A stretch of DNA of 28,607 nucleotides from Phycisphaerales bacterium (GTDB lineage: Bacteria; Planctomycetota; Phycisphaerae; WQYP01): assembly GCA_027451365.1 (NCBI GenBank), contig DAIDJN010000075.1:1-28607 (forward strand), written 5' to 3'. The position numbers and the translations under genes are program-made. Positions 10,075-18,625 of this stretch are shown here, piece by piece. Under the pieces are notes generated by a model. That model ran no database searches, had not been told where the DNA came from, and saw nothing but the letters and a program-made list of their open reading frames with translations. Numbering within the stretch: the stretch's first letter is position 1; the number at the start of each line of letters is the position of its first letter.

Positions 10075-10935
10075 TTATTCATTGATCACCCTTAAGGGCT
10101 TTGGCTTGAAGCGTTCATTCTGGCCGAAAAATCGCGCCGGATTGTTATGGAAAACGTGAAGCAGTGTTTCCAGCGTATGACCGCGTTTCTGGGCCTCAAC
10201 CATCGTACGATGTGTATTTAAAGGGTCGCTGACGCCCCAGTCCGCGGCGGCATTTACGCACAGCCGCTCGGCACCGAATACTTCAATCATGTCCACCGCA
10301 CGCTGGGGGGTGGCTTTGCTGATCGGATAAATGGTCATGCCCGCCCAGAAGCCGCGGTCTTTCACCAAACCGATGGTGTGCTCTTCGACATGGTCTATGA
10401 GTACACGGGCCGGATCAATCGCATCACCAAAATCTTTAAGCATATCCAGAATCAGTCTCGTGCCCTTGAGCTTATCCTCAAGATGCGGGGTGTGAATCAG
10501 AATAAGCGCGTGGGGTGGCCGATTCGGCCCCTTTGGCTGGCGTTTGGCCCAGTCAATGGCCATCTGCACGTGCAACTGAAATACCTGAGCCTCGTTGGCG
10601 GTATTTTTGTTCAGGCCTATTTCTCCCACACCCAGAACCGTCGGACAATCAAGAAATTCGGGGATCAGAGCCAGCACCTGGCGGGCTTTGCCCAAATCCT
10701 GGGCTTCTTTCGGATTCAAACAAATCCAAGAGTAATGCTGAATGCCGAATTGCGCAGCGCGCTTCGGTTCAAATTCCGTCAACTGCCGGAAATAATCCAC
10801 AAAACCTTCCGCAGACCGGTCGAACCCCGCCCAGAACGCCGGTTCACTTACGGCCACTACGCCGGACAGCGCCAAGGCCTCATAATCTGCAGTAGTACGG
10901 GAAACCATGTGAATATGCGGGTCAATTAAAAACAT
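10075..10935 (-). CDS. TatD-family metal-dependent hydrolase, EboB-like subgroup
   Basis: Start refined to MFLIDPHIHMVSRTT. Motifs EPAFW, GVGEIGL, IHTPH, IDHVEE and AADWGVSDPL are typical of the ebo-cluster TatD subgroup. Confidence 0.88.
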   Translation of the reverse strand: MFLIDPHIHMVSRTTADYEALALSGVVAVSEPAFWAGFDRSAEGFVDYFRQLTEFEPKRAAQFGIQHYSWICLNPKEAQDLGKARQVLALIPEFLDCPTVLGVGEIGLNKNTANEAQVFQLHVQMAIDWAKRQPKGPNRPPHALILIHTPHLEDKLKGTRLILDMLKDFGDAIDPARVLIDHVEEHTIGLVKDRGFWAGMTIYPISKATPQRAVDMIEVFGAERLCVNAAADWGVSDPLNTHRTMVEAQKRGHTLETLLHVFHNNPARFFGQNERFKPKPLRVINE

Positions 10936-10957
10936 ATCATGTCCATCCGATCCATTT

Positions 10958-11194
10958 TCAGGCCAGAGAATACAATTCCAGAAGTTCTTTAGCTTTGTGG
11001 CTGGAATCAGTTCCAAGAACTTTCAGGCTTTCGCGGATAAATTCCATACGGCTATCCGTCTGAATCGCCCGGGCACCAGACGCCCGATTGACACGATCGA
11101 GCGTGGCCGCAACACTCAACAGACTGGCCCGAACCTCAAGAAAATATACATCCAGGACATCTTGGGCCGAAGACATTTTCGCATGTGTGGGCAT
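10958..11194 (-). CDS. Small helical hypothetical protein (78 aa), co-transcribed with the TatD-like gene
   Basis: GGAGG SD upstream of ATG 11194. Sequence MPTHAKMSSAQDVLDVYFLEVRASLLSVAATLDRV... is amphipathic and ends 22 bp before the TatD start. Confidence 0.75.
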   Translation of the reverse strand: MPTHAKMSSAQDVLDVYFLEVRASLLSVAATLDRVNRASGARAIQTDSRMEFIRESLKVLGTDSSHKAKELLELYSLA

Positions 11195-11338
11195 AGTGAA
11201 CCTCCGCTGCAAACTTGGACTTGCTTTCCTGTACCACGATCAAACTAGTGACCGATCCAACATTTATGATAGTGAATTATAGTACTGGATAGCAACTTCC
11301 ATTGCATTCCACCTATAAAGACGGATAATGCCCGCATC

Positions 11339-11896
11339 ATGGTTCACAGGTTTAACGAGTTGGATAATATTTCGCTTGCCGAGGCGCTGAGGCAGGTTAA
11401 AGCACTGTACGACGGCTTGGACGCGGAAATTGATTTTCAGAAACCACGATGTGTGGCCAGCGGTCGCTGCTGCCATTTTGAAGCCTATGGACACCGATTA
11501 TACGCCACTCGGCTGGAACTGGAGTATTTCCGCGTCGTTGAGATGATGCCACGGCTTCCAACAGCCGGAGCCGAATCACCAACTGAATCTCAAAAACAGG
11601 TGCCGGAACGCAAGTTCAGCTTTCCATTGCCATTATTCGCGGATACCGGAGAAATCGCCCCTGGCTGCCCGTGGCAGGTGAACGAGCTTTGCACCGCGCG
11701 AACCGGCCGACCGCTGGGCTGCCGCATTTATTTTTGTGATCCCGGCAGCACAGCCTGGCAGAACAATGCCTACGAACGTTATCATCGACTGCTGAAAATT
11801 TTGCATGATAAGGCGAAATTGCCCTATGCCTACATGGAATGGCGCGCCGGTCTGGGCACACTGCTGTCCACACCGCCGCCCAAGGAGAATGGATGA
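11339..11896 (+). CDS. YkgJ-like cysteine-cluster (putative Zn/Fe-chelating) protein
   Basis: RCVASGRCCHF ... CPWQVNELCTARTGRPLGCRIYFC, a variant of the CxxCxxCC...CP...C...RPxxCR pattern. Confidence 0.8.
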   Translation: MVHRFNELDNISLAEALRQVKALYDGLDAEIDFQKPRCVASGRCCHFEAYGHRLYATRLELEYFRVVEMMPRLPTAGAESPTESQKQVPERKFSFPLPLFADTGEIAPGCPWQVNELCTARTGRPLGCRIYFCDPGSTAWQNNAYERYHRLLKILHDKAKLPYAYMEWRAGLGTLLSTPPPKENG

Positions 11897-12213
11897 CCAC
11901 CGCGCGTCTCGCCCAATTGCTGACAATGCTGGAAGCCGAACCCAAAGACAGTTTTTTGCGCTATGGCGTGGCCATGGAATATGCCAGAGCCGGCCAGCAT
12001 GATGCGGCCATCCGTGAATTCGGCACATTGCTTTCGCAGGACCCCAGTTACGTCGCCGCGTTTTTCATGTGCGGACGATCGCATGAGGCACTCGGTCAAA
12101 TGGCCCTGGCCCGCGGCCAGTATGAACAGGGAATCGCAATGGCAAACAAAACCGGCGACCAGCACGCCGCCGCCGAAATGGCCGAAGCCCTGGCCGCCAT
12201 TCCCCCAGTCTGA
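11893..12213 (+). CDS. Tetratricopeptide-repeat protein
   Basis: AAGGAG SD and ATGA overlap with the upstream stop. Sequence RLAQLLTMLEAEPKDSFLRYGVAMEY...DPSYVAAFFMCGR...A..YEQGI..A...GDQHA matches a short TPR family. Confidence 0.85.
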   Translation: MTTARLAQLLTMLEAEPKDSFLRYGVAMEYARAGQHDAAIREFGTLLSQDPSYVAAFFMCGRSHEALGQMALARGQYEQGIAMANKTGDQHAAAEMAEALAAIPPV

Positions 12214-12258
12214 TTTTCGCTTCATGTCTGTGGGTCACACGCATCCTGGAGAACACTG

Positions 12259-13116
12259 ATGCCGCCACAATTCAAGTTTGCGTTTTCCACTAACGCATTC
12301 AGCCGATATTCCTTAAAAAAGGCGATCGAAACAATCGCCGCCTGCGGCTATAGTGGCGTTGAGATTCTGGCGGACAAACCGCATTTATATCCCGACACAT
12401 TTTCGCCGCGCGTCGCGGACCAAATACGGGCCTTGCTGGAACGCACCGGACTATGCGTAAGTAATATCAATGCCAACTGCACTTTTGGTTATTGGAAAGA
12501 CGCCCCGCCCGAACCTTTTTTTGAGCCTTCAATTATCTCGCCATCGACCAAACTTCGGCGGCAAAGAATCCGCATGATTTCCAATACCCTGCGCTACGCC
12601 CATGCAATTGGCGCCACAAATATCAGCATTACAAGTGGTCGGGCGCTGCCCACCATGCCACCACCAATCGCCACACGACAACTGCGCGAATCGCTTAAGC
12701 CTATACTCGAATTAGCCCAGAAATTAAACGTGCGGGTCGGGATAGAGTCTGAACCGGGCCTGTTTATTGAATGGGCCACTGAACTGGCAGCCCTGATTGA
12801 CAGCATGAAAAGTCCGATGCTGGGCGCGAATCTGGATATCGGCCACAGTGTTGTTATCGGCGAGCCAGTCGGCGACACGTTGCGCCTCCTGCGGGGCCGG
12901 ATATGGAACTGCCATATTGAAGATCTGCTGGGCCGCAAACATTATCACCTTATTCCCGGACGGGGCAATCTGGACTGGGGAAAGCTCAGGCGGCAGCTTG
13001 CGGCCATACACTACCCCAATTTTCTAACGGTGGAACTTTATACCTATCCGGACTCACCGGCAAAAGCCGCTCTGCACAGCATCGCATTTCTGAAACCGCG
13101 CTTTGTCAGGCCGTGA
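12259..13116 (+). CDS. Sugar phosphate isomerase/epimerase, xylose-isomerase-like TIM barrel (AP_endonuc_2)
   Basis: AFSTNAF, GYSGVEILADKPHLYP, IESEPGLFIE, NLDIGH, HIED, HYHLIPGRG and TVELY metal-binding motifs. GGAG SD. Confidence 0.88.
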   Translation: MPPQFKFAFSTNAFSRYSLKKAIETIAACGYSGVEILADKPHLYPDTFSPRVADQIRALLERTGLCVSNINANCTFGYWKDAPPEPFFEPSIISPSTKLRRQRIRMISNTLRYAHAIGATNISITSGRALPTMPPPIATRQLRESLKPILELAQKLNVRVGIESEPGLFIEWATELAALIDSMKSPMLGANLDIGHSVVIGEPVGDTLRLLRGRIWNCHIEDLLGRKHYHLIPGRGNLDWGKLRRQLAAIHYPNFLTVELYTYPDSPAKAALHSIAFLKPRFVRP

Positions 13117-13398
13117 TTCCGCTGACCCGCCTTTGGCCGCTGAAAAAAATGCAATTTCAGAATCCGGAACCAGATGCCATGTTTATATTATCCGAATGAA
13201 ATTTACACATATGGCTGGAAACAATCAAATGATCAATCAGCTTAAGTAACACTGCTTGTCGAACGTCTTGAACTGCCACGGAGAATCCTCTAGTGTTAGG
13301 GCGTTGGCGGAAAAATCCGCGTCATTGGATGCTTGTGCAGCGAACGCCCTGGATGCGGCGCATAAGCGATTTTCGGAAAATGTAAGGAAAGACTTTCA

Positions 13399-14253
13399 TT
13401 GGATACAGCAGCCATTATCTGGATTTTGGAAATTGCGGGCGCATCTTTTCTTGGTGGCGTAGTAGGCGCCATTAGCGGTTTAGGCGGAGGGATTGTAATT
13501 GTTCCAGTTCTGACCGTCTTCATGGGCATGCCCATCCAACAGGCCATCGGGGCCAGCATAGTATCGGTAATCGCAGTGTCCAGTGGTGCCGGATCCGTGT
13601 ATGTGCGGGACCACATTACCAACGTCCGCATTGCCATGTTTCTTGAATTATCCACCGCTTCCGGGGCCATTCTGGGGGCGGCGGTACTTTCCCGGTTCCT
13701 GAATGCTGATACCCTGAAAATACTTTTTGGTTTTACCCTCCTGTTTTCACTGGTGCCGGTGCTCTTAAAACTTGCTGAAGAACTGCCCGAAAACGTGCAG
13801 AGCGACCGGCTTGCGAAATGGCTTCAATTACAAGGCTCTTATTTTGACAAGCGCATGGGCCGCGAAATCACCTACAATGCAGGACGCGTTCCACCCGCTA
13901 TGGGAATCATGTTTCTGGCCGGAATTATGGCCGGCATTCTGGGAATCGGGGCCGGGGTGCTTAAAGTGCTGGCCCAGGAAATTGCCATGCGACTCCCGAC
14001 CAAGGTGGCAACCGCAACCAGTAATTTCATGATTGGGGTGACAGCGGCCGCAGCTGCGGGCGTTTACCTTCACCGCGGGCTGGTGTTGCCATTTGTGGTG
14101 GTGCCGGTGGCAACTTCCGTTCTGGTGGGCGCGATTCTGGGAACCAAATTGATGGAAAAAATGTCCAATACCATGGTGCGGAAGGTTTTCGCCGTGCTCC
14201 TGGGCATTATTGGCGTTCAGATGTTAATGGGCGGCTTCCACGTTAAACTTTGA
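13399..14253 (+). CDS. Sulfite exporter TauE/SafE (TSUP) family membrane protein
   Basis: TTG start after AAGGAAAG. GAISGLGGGIVIVP and GILGIGAG repeats, ATATSNFMIGVTAAA, multiple TM helices. Confidence 0.92.
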   Translation: MDTAAIIWILEIAGASFLGGVVGAISGLGGGIVIVPVLTVFMGMPIQQAIGASIVSVIAVSSGAGSVYVRDHITNVRIAMFLELSTASGAILGAAVLSRFLNADTLKILFGFTLLFSLVPVLLKLAEELPENVQSDRLAKWLQLQGSYFDKRMGREITYNAGRVPPAMGIMFLAGIMAGILGIGAGVLKVLAQEIAMRLPTKVATATSNFMIGVTAAAAAGVYLHRGLVLPFVVVPVATSVLVGAILGTKLMEKMSNTMVRKVFAVLLGIIGVQMLMGGFHVKL

Positions 14254-14319
14254 ACGAAGGTAACTGACTTCGCCGGGCTGACCAGCGCCCCGGAAGCAAG
14301 AGAAAAATGAGGCAAACTG

Positions 14320-14739
14320 ATGTCGGAACCAGAACAATCCGGAAATCCCACCACTGCGCCGGCGCAGCCTGCCGGTGGTGTGCGCAATGAAAATATCATT
14401 CAGGATGTTTCCGCATGGGTGCTGCGCATTGGTGTGGTGAGCAGCGTACTGGTGATGGCTTTGGGACTGACGCTCGCCTTTATTCACCATCCGCCGAGTG
14501 TGCACCACATGCAGACAGCGGTATTGAATGATCATTTGACCGTGATTCTTCATGGTGTCATGAGCGGTGATGGCGAATCTATTATTGACGTGGGGCTTTT
14601 TATCCTGGTTTTAACGCCCGTGGCGCGAGTGCTGGCCTCAGTTATTTTATTTGCCCTGGTGGATCGCGACTGGTTTTATACCGCAGTCACGCTGATTGTC
14701 CTGATTCTGACGCTGGTATCACTGTTATTCATTCATTGA
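14320..14739 (+). CDS. DUF1634-like membrane protein, usual partner of this TSUP subfamily
   Basis: VLRIGVVSS..., IIDVGLFILVLTPVARV and DRDWFY segments, three TM helices, directly after the TSUP gene. Confidence 0.85.
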   Translation: MSEPEQSGNPTTAPAQPAGGVRNENIIQDVSAWVLRIGVVSSVLVMALGLTLAFIHHPPSVHHMQTAVLNDHLTVILHGVMSGDGESIIDVGLFILVLTPVARVLASVILFALVDRDWFYTAVTLIVLILTLVSLLFIH

Positions 14740-14775
14740 CTCCGGCGGGTGTGATGCGGCCGGTGCAAAGCGGTC

Positions 14776-15489
14776 TTACATCCAGAGCTTTGACGGATTT
14801 TCCACCATCAGTTTTCGAATCATGCCTTCGCCTACCAGGTCCATCGCTTCGCCAATGCCCGCCATTCGCGACGCCATGTGATCAGGCCGGTGGCCATCAG
14901 TCCCCAGCATAAAATAGCGGTTTTCCTTCAGAAATCGTTGTGCCAGTTGCCGGACCAGTTCATTTTCTGAACCTCCCAACGGTCCAAGGTTACCTTGAAA
15001 CAGCACGCCGCGCGCGGCCAGCACCTGAATAAACGCCGGATCGTCCAACATGCAGGCCATTCGTTCGGGATGAGCCAGAATCACTGTAAATCCGCGGCTT
15101 TGCAGCCATTGAATCGCCTCGTCACCCCATGCCGGCCAGAACGGCTCCCAAAGATCCGCCAACACATACGACGAATTCATGCCATACGTTGGCACACCGG
15201 TGGTGTCGGTCCAGCGGCACATTTCAGGGGAAAGCCGCAATTCGCCGCCCGGCCGAAATTCCGCCCTGATGCCCGCCTCTTTCATATGGCGGGAAAACCG
15301 CTCCACCGCAAGGCAGGTCTGAGCGGGCTTGATGTTGGTTATTTCCGTCGGCCCTGTGTGCGGCGTCAAAAAGAACCGGTCGTAACCCTGGGCGATCATC
15401 GCCTGCACACAAAGCACTGATTCAGCGATTGTCTTGCAGCCGTCATCCATGCCGGGAAGAAAGTGATTATGTACATCGATATAGTTCAT
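14776..15489 (-). CDS. CpsB/CapC/YwqE-like PHP-family protein tyrosine phosphatase
   Basis: Start refined to MNYIDVHNHFLPGMDDG (GAGGA SD). Motifs TPH, GGELRL, ILAHPER, QGNLG and GTDGH. Confidence 0.88.
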   Translation of the reverse strand: MNYIDVHNHFLPGMDDGCKTIAESVLCVQAMIAQGYDRFFLTPHTGPTEITNIKPAQTCLAVERFSRHMKEAGIRAEFRPGGELRLSPEMCRWTDTTGVPTYGMNSSYVLADLWEPFWPAWGDEAIQWLQSRGFTVILAHPERMACMLDDPAFIQVLAARGVLFQGNLGPLGGSENELVRQLAQRFLKENRYFMLGTDGHRPDHMASRMAGIGEAMDLVGEGMIRKLMVENPSKLWM

Positions 15490-15509
15490 TGCCAGCGTTA
15501 TTCCTCGCG

Positions 15510-15554
15510 CCGCTGAGCCGGCGCAGCCACAGGCGTGCGGCACCGGCTCAGCGG
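15510..15554. repeat. GC-rich intergenic inverted repeat (hairpin) between typA and the phosphatase
   Basis: CCGCTGAGCCGG (15510-15521) and CCGGCTCAGCGG (15543-15554) form a perfect 12-bp stem with further inner pairing. No U-tract. Confidence 0.7.
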
Positions 15555-15576
15555 ACAGGACGTGCGTCTGAATGGC

Positions 15577-17415
15577 TCAAGCGCCATCCGCACGGCCAAA
15601 GCGTTTGCGGTCATTTTCCTTCAGATGACGCTTGCGCAGCCGGATGGTACTCGGCGTCACTTCCACAAGCTCGTCGTCTTCAATATATTCCAAGGCAATT
15701 TCCAATGACATGTCGCGCGGCGGTTTGAGGATGATGTTTTTATCGCTGCTGGTGGTGCGCATGTTGGAGAGCTTCTTTTCGCGGCAGACGTTCACCGTTA
15801 TATCGGTATCCTTGTTGTATTCACCCACCACCATACCTTCGTATACTTCATCGCCCGGCTTCACAAACATGACGCCGCGTTCCTGAAGCGTATCCAGCGC
15901 GTAGGCGTTGGTTTTACCAAGTTCCATGCTGACCATCACGCCGTTCTGCCGACCGGGCAACGCCCCGCGGATGAACTGATAATCATGAAAGGTGTGGTGC
16001 ATGATCGCTTCACCCTGCGTACCGTTGAGAAGCCGGGTGCGCAAGCCGATCAGTCCGCGCGATGGAATTGTAAATTCCAGATGGGTAATATTTCCCTTGG
16101 AATCCATTCGCACAAGTTCGCCGCGCCGATTGCCGACCAGCTCCATGACTGCGCCGACATTCTGTTGCGGGACATCAATGACCAGGTTTTCCACGGGTTC
16201 GCATTTATGGCCGTTAAGTTCCTTGAAAATGACCTTTGGCTTGCTGACCTGCAGTTCATATCCTTCGCGACGCATGTTTTCAATCAGCACGCCAAGGTGC
16301 AGCAGCCCGCGCCCGCTGACGCGCAAAGAATCGGCGGAAGATGTATCCTCCACCCGCAAAGCCACGTTGCTTTGCAGTTCTTTGTAAAGGCGGTCACGCA
16401 AGTTGCGGCTGGTGACAAATTTTCCCTCTTTTCCGGCAAAGGGAGAATCGTTGACGGAAAAGATCATGCTAAGCGTCGGTTCGTCCACATCAATAAGCGG
16501 CATTGCTTCAGGATGTTCAGGTGCCGCAATGGTGTCGCCGATATCCACATCTTCTATGCCGACGACGGCGCAAATATCACCGGCTTCCACATGGTCCGTT
16601 TTTTCCCTTCCAAGACCGGCAAAAAGATAAAGTTCTGTGGTGGCATGCGATTCATTTTTGCCCGTGCGTTTGATCAAGGTGATCTTCTCCCCCTTGCGGA
16701 GGTAGCCGTTAAAAACCCGGCCAATGCCGATCCGACCGACATATTCATTGTAGTCTATGTTTGTGACCTGCATCTGCAGCGGCTTTTCAAGGTCCGCCAC
16801 GGGGCCTGGCACCTTGCTTACAATGGTATCCAGCAGGGGTCGCATATCGGTACTGCGATCTTCCATATTGAGCTTGGCGAAGCCGGCCCGGCCTGACGCA
16901 TAGACCACTGGAAAATCAAGCGCGTCGTCGCTGGCTTCAAGTTCCACAAACAGATCAAAAATTTCGTTCAAGACTTCGTCCGGCCGGGCGTCCGGACGGT
17001 CGATTTTGTTAATCACCACGATCGGCTTGATGTGGTAATGGAATGCCTTCTTCAGCACAAAACGGGTCTGAGGCATGGGACCTTCGAACGCATCCACCAA
17101 CAGAAGAACGCCGTCGGCCATTTTCAGCACACGTTCAACTTCGCCGCCGAAGTCGGCGTGACCGGGGGTATCAATAATATTGATTTTCCGTATGACGCCG
17201 GCGGAATCCGGATAGTTCATGGCGACATTTTTTGCCAAAATGGTAATTCCGCGTTCGCGTTCCAGCGGGTTATTGTCAAGAATAAGGGTTTTGTCCTCTA
17301 ACTGGGCGGCGCGGAACATGCCGGATTGACGCAACAATGCGTCCACCAGCGTGGTTTTGCCATGGTCAACGTGGGCGATGATGGCAATATTGCGTAATTC
17401 GTCACGGCGTTTCAT
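15577..17415 (-). CDS. typA: Translational GTPase TypA/BipA
   Basis: Start refined to MKRRDELRNIAIIAHVDHGKTTLVD. Motifs ERERGITILAKN, DTPGHADFGGEVER, NKID, GRGLLHL and EYIEDDELVEVTP. Confidence 0.97.
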   Translation of the reverse strand: MKRRDELRNIAIIAHVDHGKTTLVDALLRQSGMFRAAQLEDKTLILDNNPLERERGITILAKNVAMNYPDSAGVIRKINIIDTPGHADFGGEVERVLKMADGVLLLVDAFEGPMPQTRFVLKKAFHYHIKPIVVINKIDRPDARPDEVLNEIFDLFVELEASDDALDFPVVYASGRAGFAKLNMEDRSTDMRPLLDTIVSKVPGPVADLEKPLQMQVTNIDYNEYVGRIGIGRVFNGYLRKGEKITLIKRTGKNESHATTELYLFAGLGREKTDHVEAGDICAVVGIEDVDIGDTIAAPEHPEAMPLIDVDEPTLSMIFSVNDSPFAGKEGKFVTSRNLRDRLYKELQSNVALRVEDTSSADSLRVSGRGLLHLGVLIENMRREGYELQVSKPKVIFKELNGHKCEPVENLVIDVPQQNVGAVMELVGNRRGELVRMDSKGNITHLEFTIPSRGLIGLRTRLLNGTQGEAIMHHTFHDYQFIRGALPGRQNGVMVSMELGKTNAYALDTLQERGVMFVKPGDEVYEGMVVGEYNKDTDITVNVCREKKLSNMRTTSSDKNIILKPPRDMSLEIALEYIEDDELVEVTPSTIRLRKRHLKENDRKRFGRADGA

Positions 17416-17452
17416 AACGGTCTTTCCGAAAACATTTCCTCTAGCAAGGGCG

Positions 17453-17473
17453 TGGGGGCGAAAGCCGCCCCCA
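17453..17473 (-). promoter_or_regulatory. Hairpin in the typA 5' leader
   Basis: TGGGGGCG-AAAGC-CGCCCCCA 8-bp stem about 40 nt upstream of the typA ATG. A candidate TTTATA-N17-TACAAT promoter lies at 17529-17501 on the minus strand. Confidence 0.4.
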
Positions 17474-17965
17474 TCCACCGGGCAAAAAGCCAAGCCCAGT
17501 ATTGTAGTTGGAAATGTCGTGAGTATAAAGGGACTCACGGAAATTATTGTTGTCAAGAAGTAGAAATGTCACCCTGTCAGCCGAAGTAGAAGTGTCATTC
17601 TGATATCGATAACCCGGCGGCCCGGCTGCACCATATCGATCGTGCCGCAGGGCTGCAAGGCATCTAGGATCAGCTTTATGACATTTTTTGAGCCATATTT
17701 ATCGGTATGCAGCCTTATCCCGCGGCCTCTTGTCGCGCGTCGCCGCGGCCGCCCGATTCGCCCGGATTTCGTCCCGCGCCCCCATAACTTCCCCGCCTTT
17801 GGCCGCCACATTGCTTCATCTTACGCACCCGCGATTATGAAACCATTTCGCGGAACAGGCGTTTAGCCTGTGGCCCCAGGCCGCAGGTTGCCTTGACGAA
17901 CCGGCACGCACACGCCTAGATTGGTGGCGCGGGCCGGGTGCCCCGGCCATACTGGAGACGACATT

Positions 17966-18592
17966 ATGTTCTATTCGACACACCGCATCATCTCATCGGC
18001 CTGGCGATGGCCCGCGCGTACAATGGTCCTGGCCTGCATGGCGGCCCTGCCGGCGATTCTGGCGGGCTGCTCGCACGGCTACAACTACTACCGGCCCAGC
18101 GTGTCAAGCTTTCAGCCGGGCGATACCGGGCTTCAGTCGCGCGATCTGGTGGACATGACCGACCGGCTGTCCGCCGATCTTTTGAAAATTCCGGAAATCG
18201 CCAACAATCCGAACAAAGTGATTGTGGTCATGGGGACCATTCACAACCAGACTTCCACACCCTGGCAGAACGATCAGATTTATCTGGCCCGCATGAGAGC
18301 ACTCCTCAACCAGTACGCCCGCGACCGGATGGCCTTTGTCCTGCCATTGGCCAATGCCGCCGCCCTTCAGCAGAAATATCTTGGTGGCCAACAGAATACG
18401 TTGAATCCCGGAACGGGCCAATGGCAGAATTCCACATTAAGGCCGCAGTATGTGCTCAACGGCACCTTTTATGATTTGCCCAACACCGCCACCACCTATT
18501 ACCTTTGCACCTTCAAGCTCGTCAGCATCGCAACTGGTGAAATTGTCTGGGAAAACAAATATGAAGTCCGATCGCTTAACTTTGGCCAGTGA
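17966..18592 (+). CDS. LpoB-like (LpoB/CsgG-fold) lipoprotein, paralog 1
   Basis: GGAG SD before ATG 17966. Lipobox LAGC; GLQSRDLVDMTDRL, IHNQTS, YVLNGTF and YYLCTFKLVSIATGEIVWENKYEV. Confidence 0.75.
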   Translation: MFYSTHRIISSAWRWPARTMVLACMAALPAILAGCSHGYNYYRPSVSSFQPGDTGLQSRDLVDMTDRLSADLLKIPEIANNPNKVIVVMGTIHNQTSTPWQNDQIYLARMRALLNQYARDRMAFVLPLANAAALQQKYLGGQQNTLNPGTGQWQNSTLRPQYVLNGTFYDLPNTATTYYLCTFKLVSIATGEIVWENKYEVRSLNFGQ

Positions 18593-18625
18593 CGGCAAGT
18601 ATATTTCCAGTGCCATCGGAGAAAC

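Noticed and set aside
10936..11016. N-terminal extension of the TatD ORF in the track (start 11016)
   Set aside because: It overlaps the upstream small gene, and the family motif begins at MFLIDPH (10935).
15985..16896. 303-aa plus-strand ORF
   Set aside because: Antisense shadow of typA.
17416..17556. 47-aa N-terminal extension of TypA in the ORF track
   Set aside because: TypA homology starts at MKRRDELRNIAII; the extension covers promoter and leader sequence.
17569..17866. Two short overlapping Arg-rich ORFs (80 aa minus, 74 aa plus)
   Set aside because: No SD, no recognisable domain, and composition typical of GC-rich non-coding frames.
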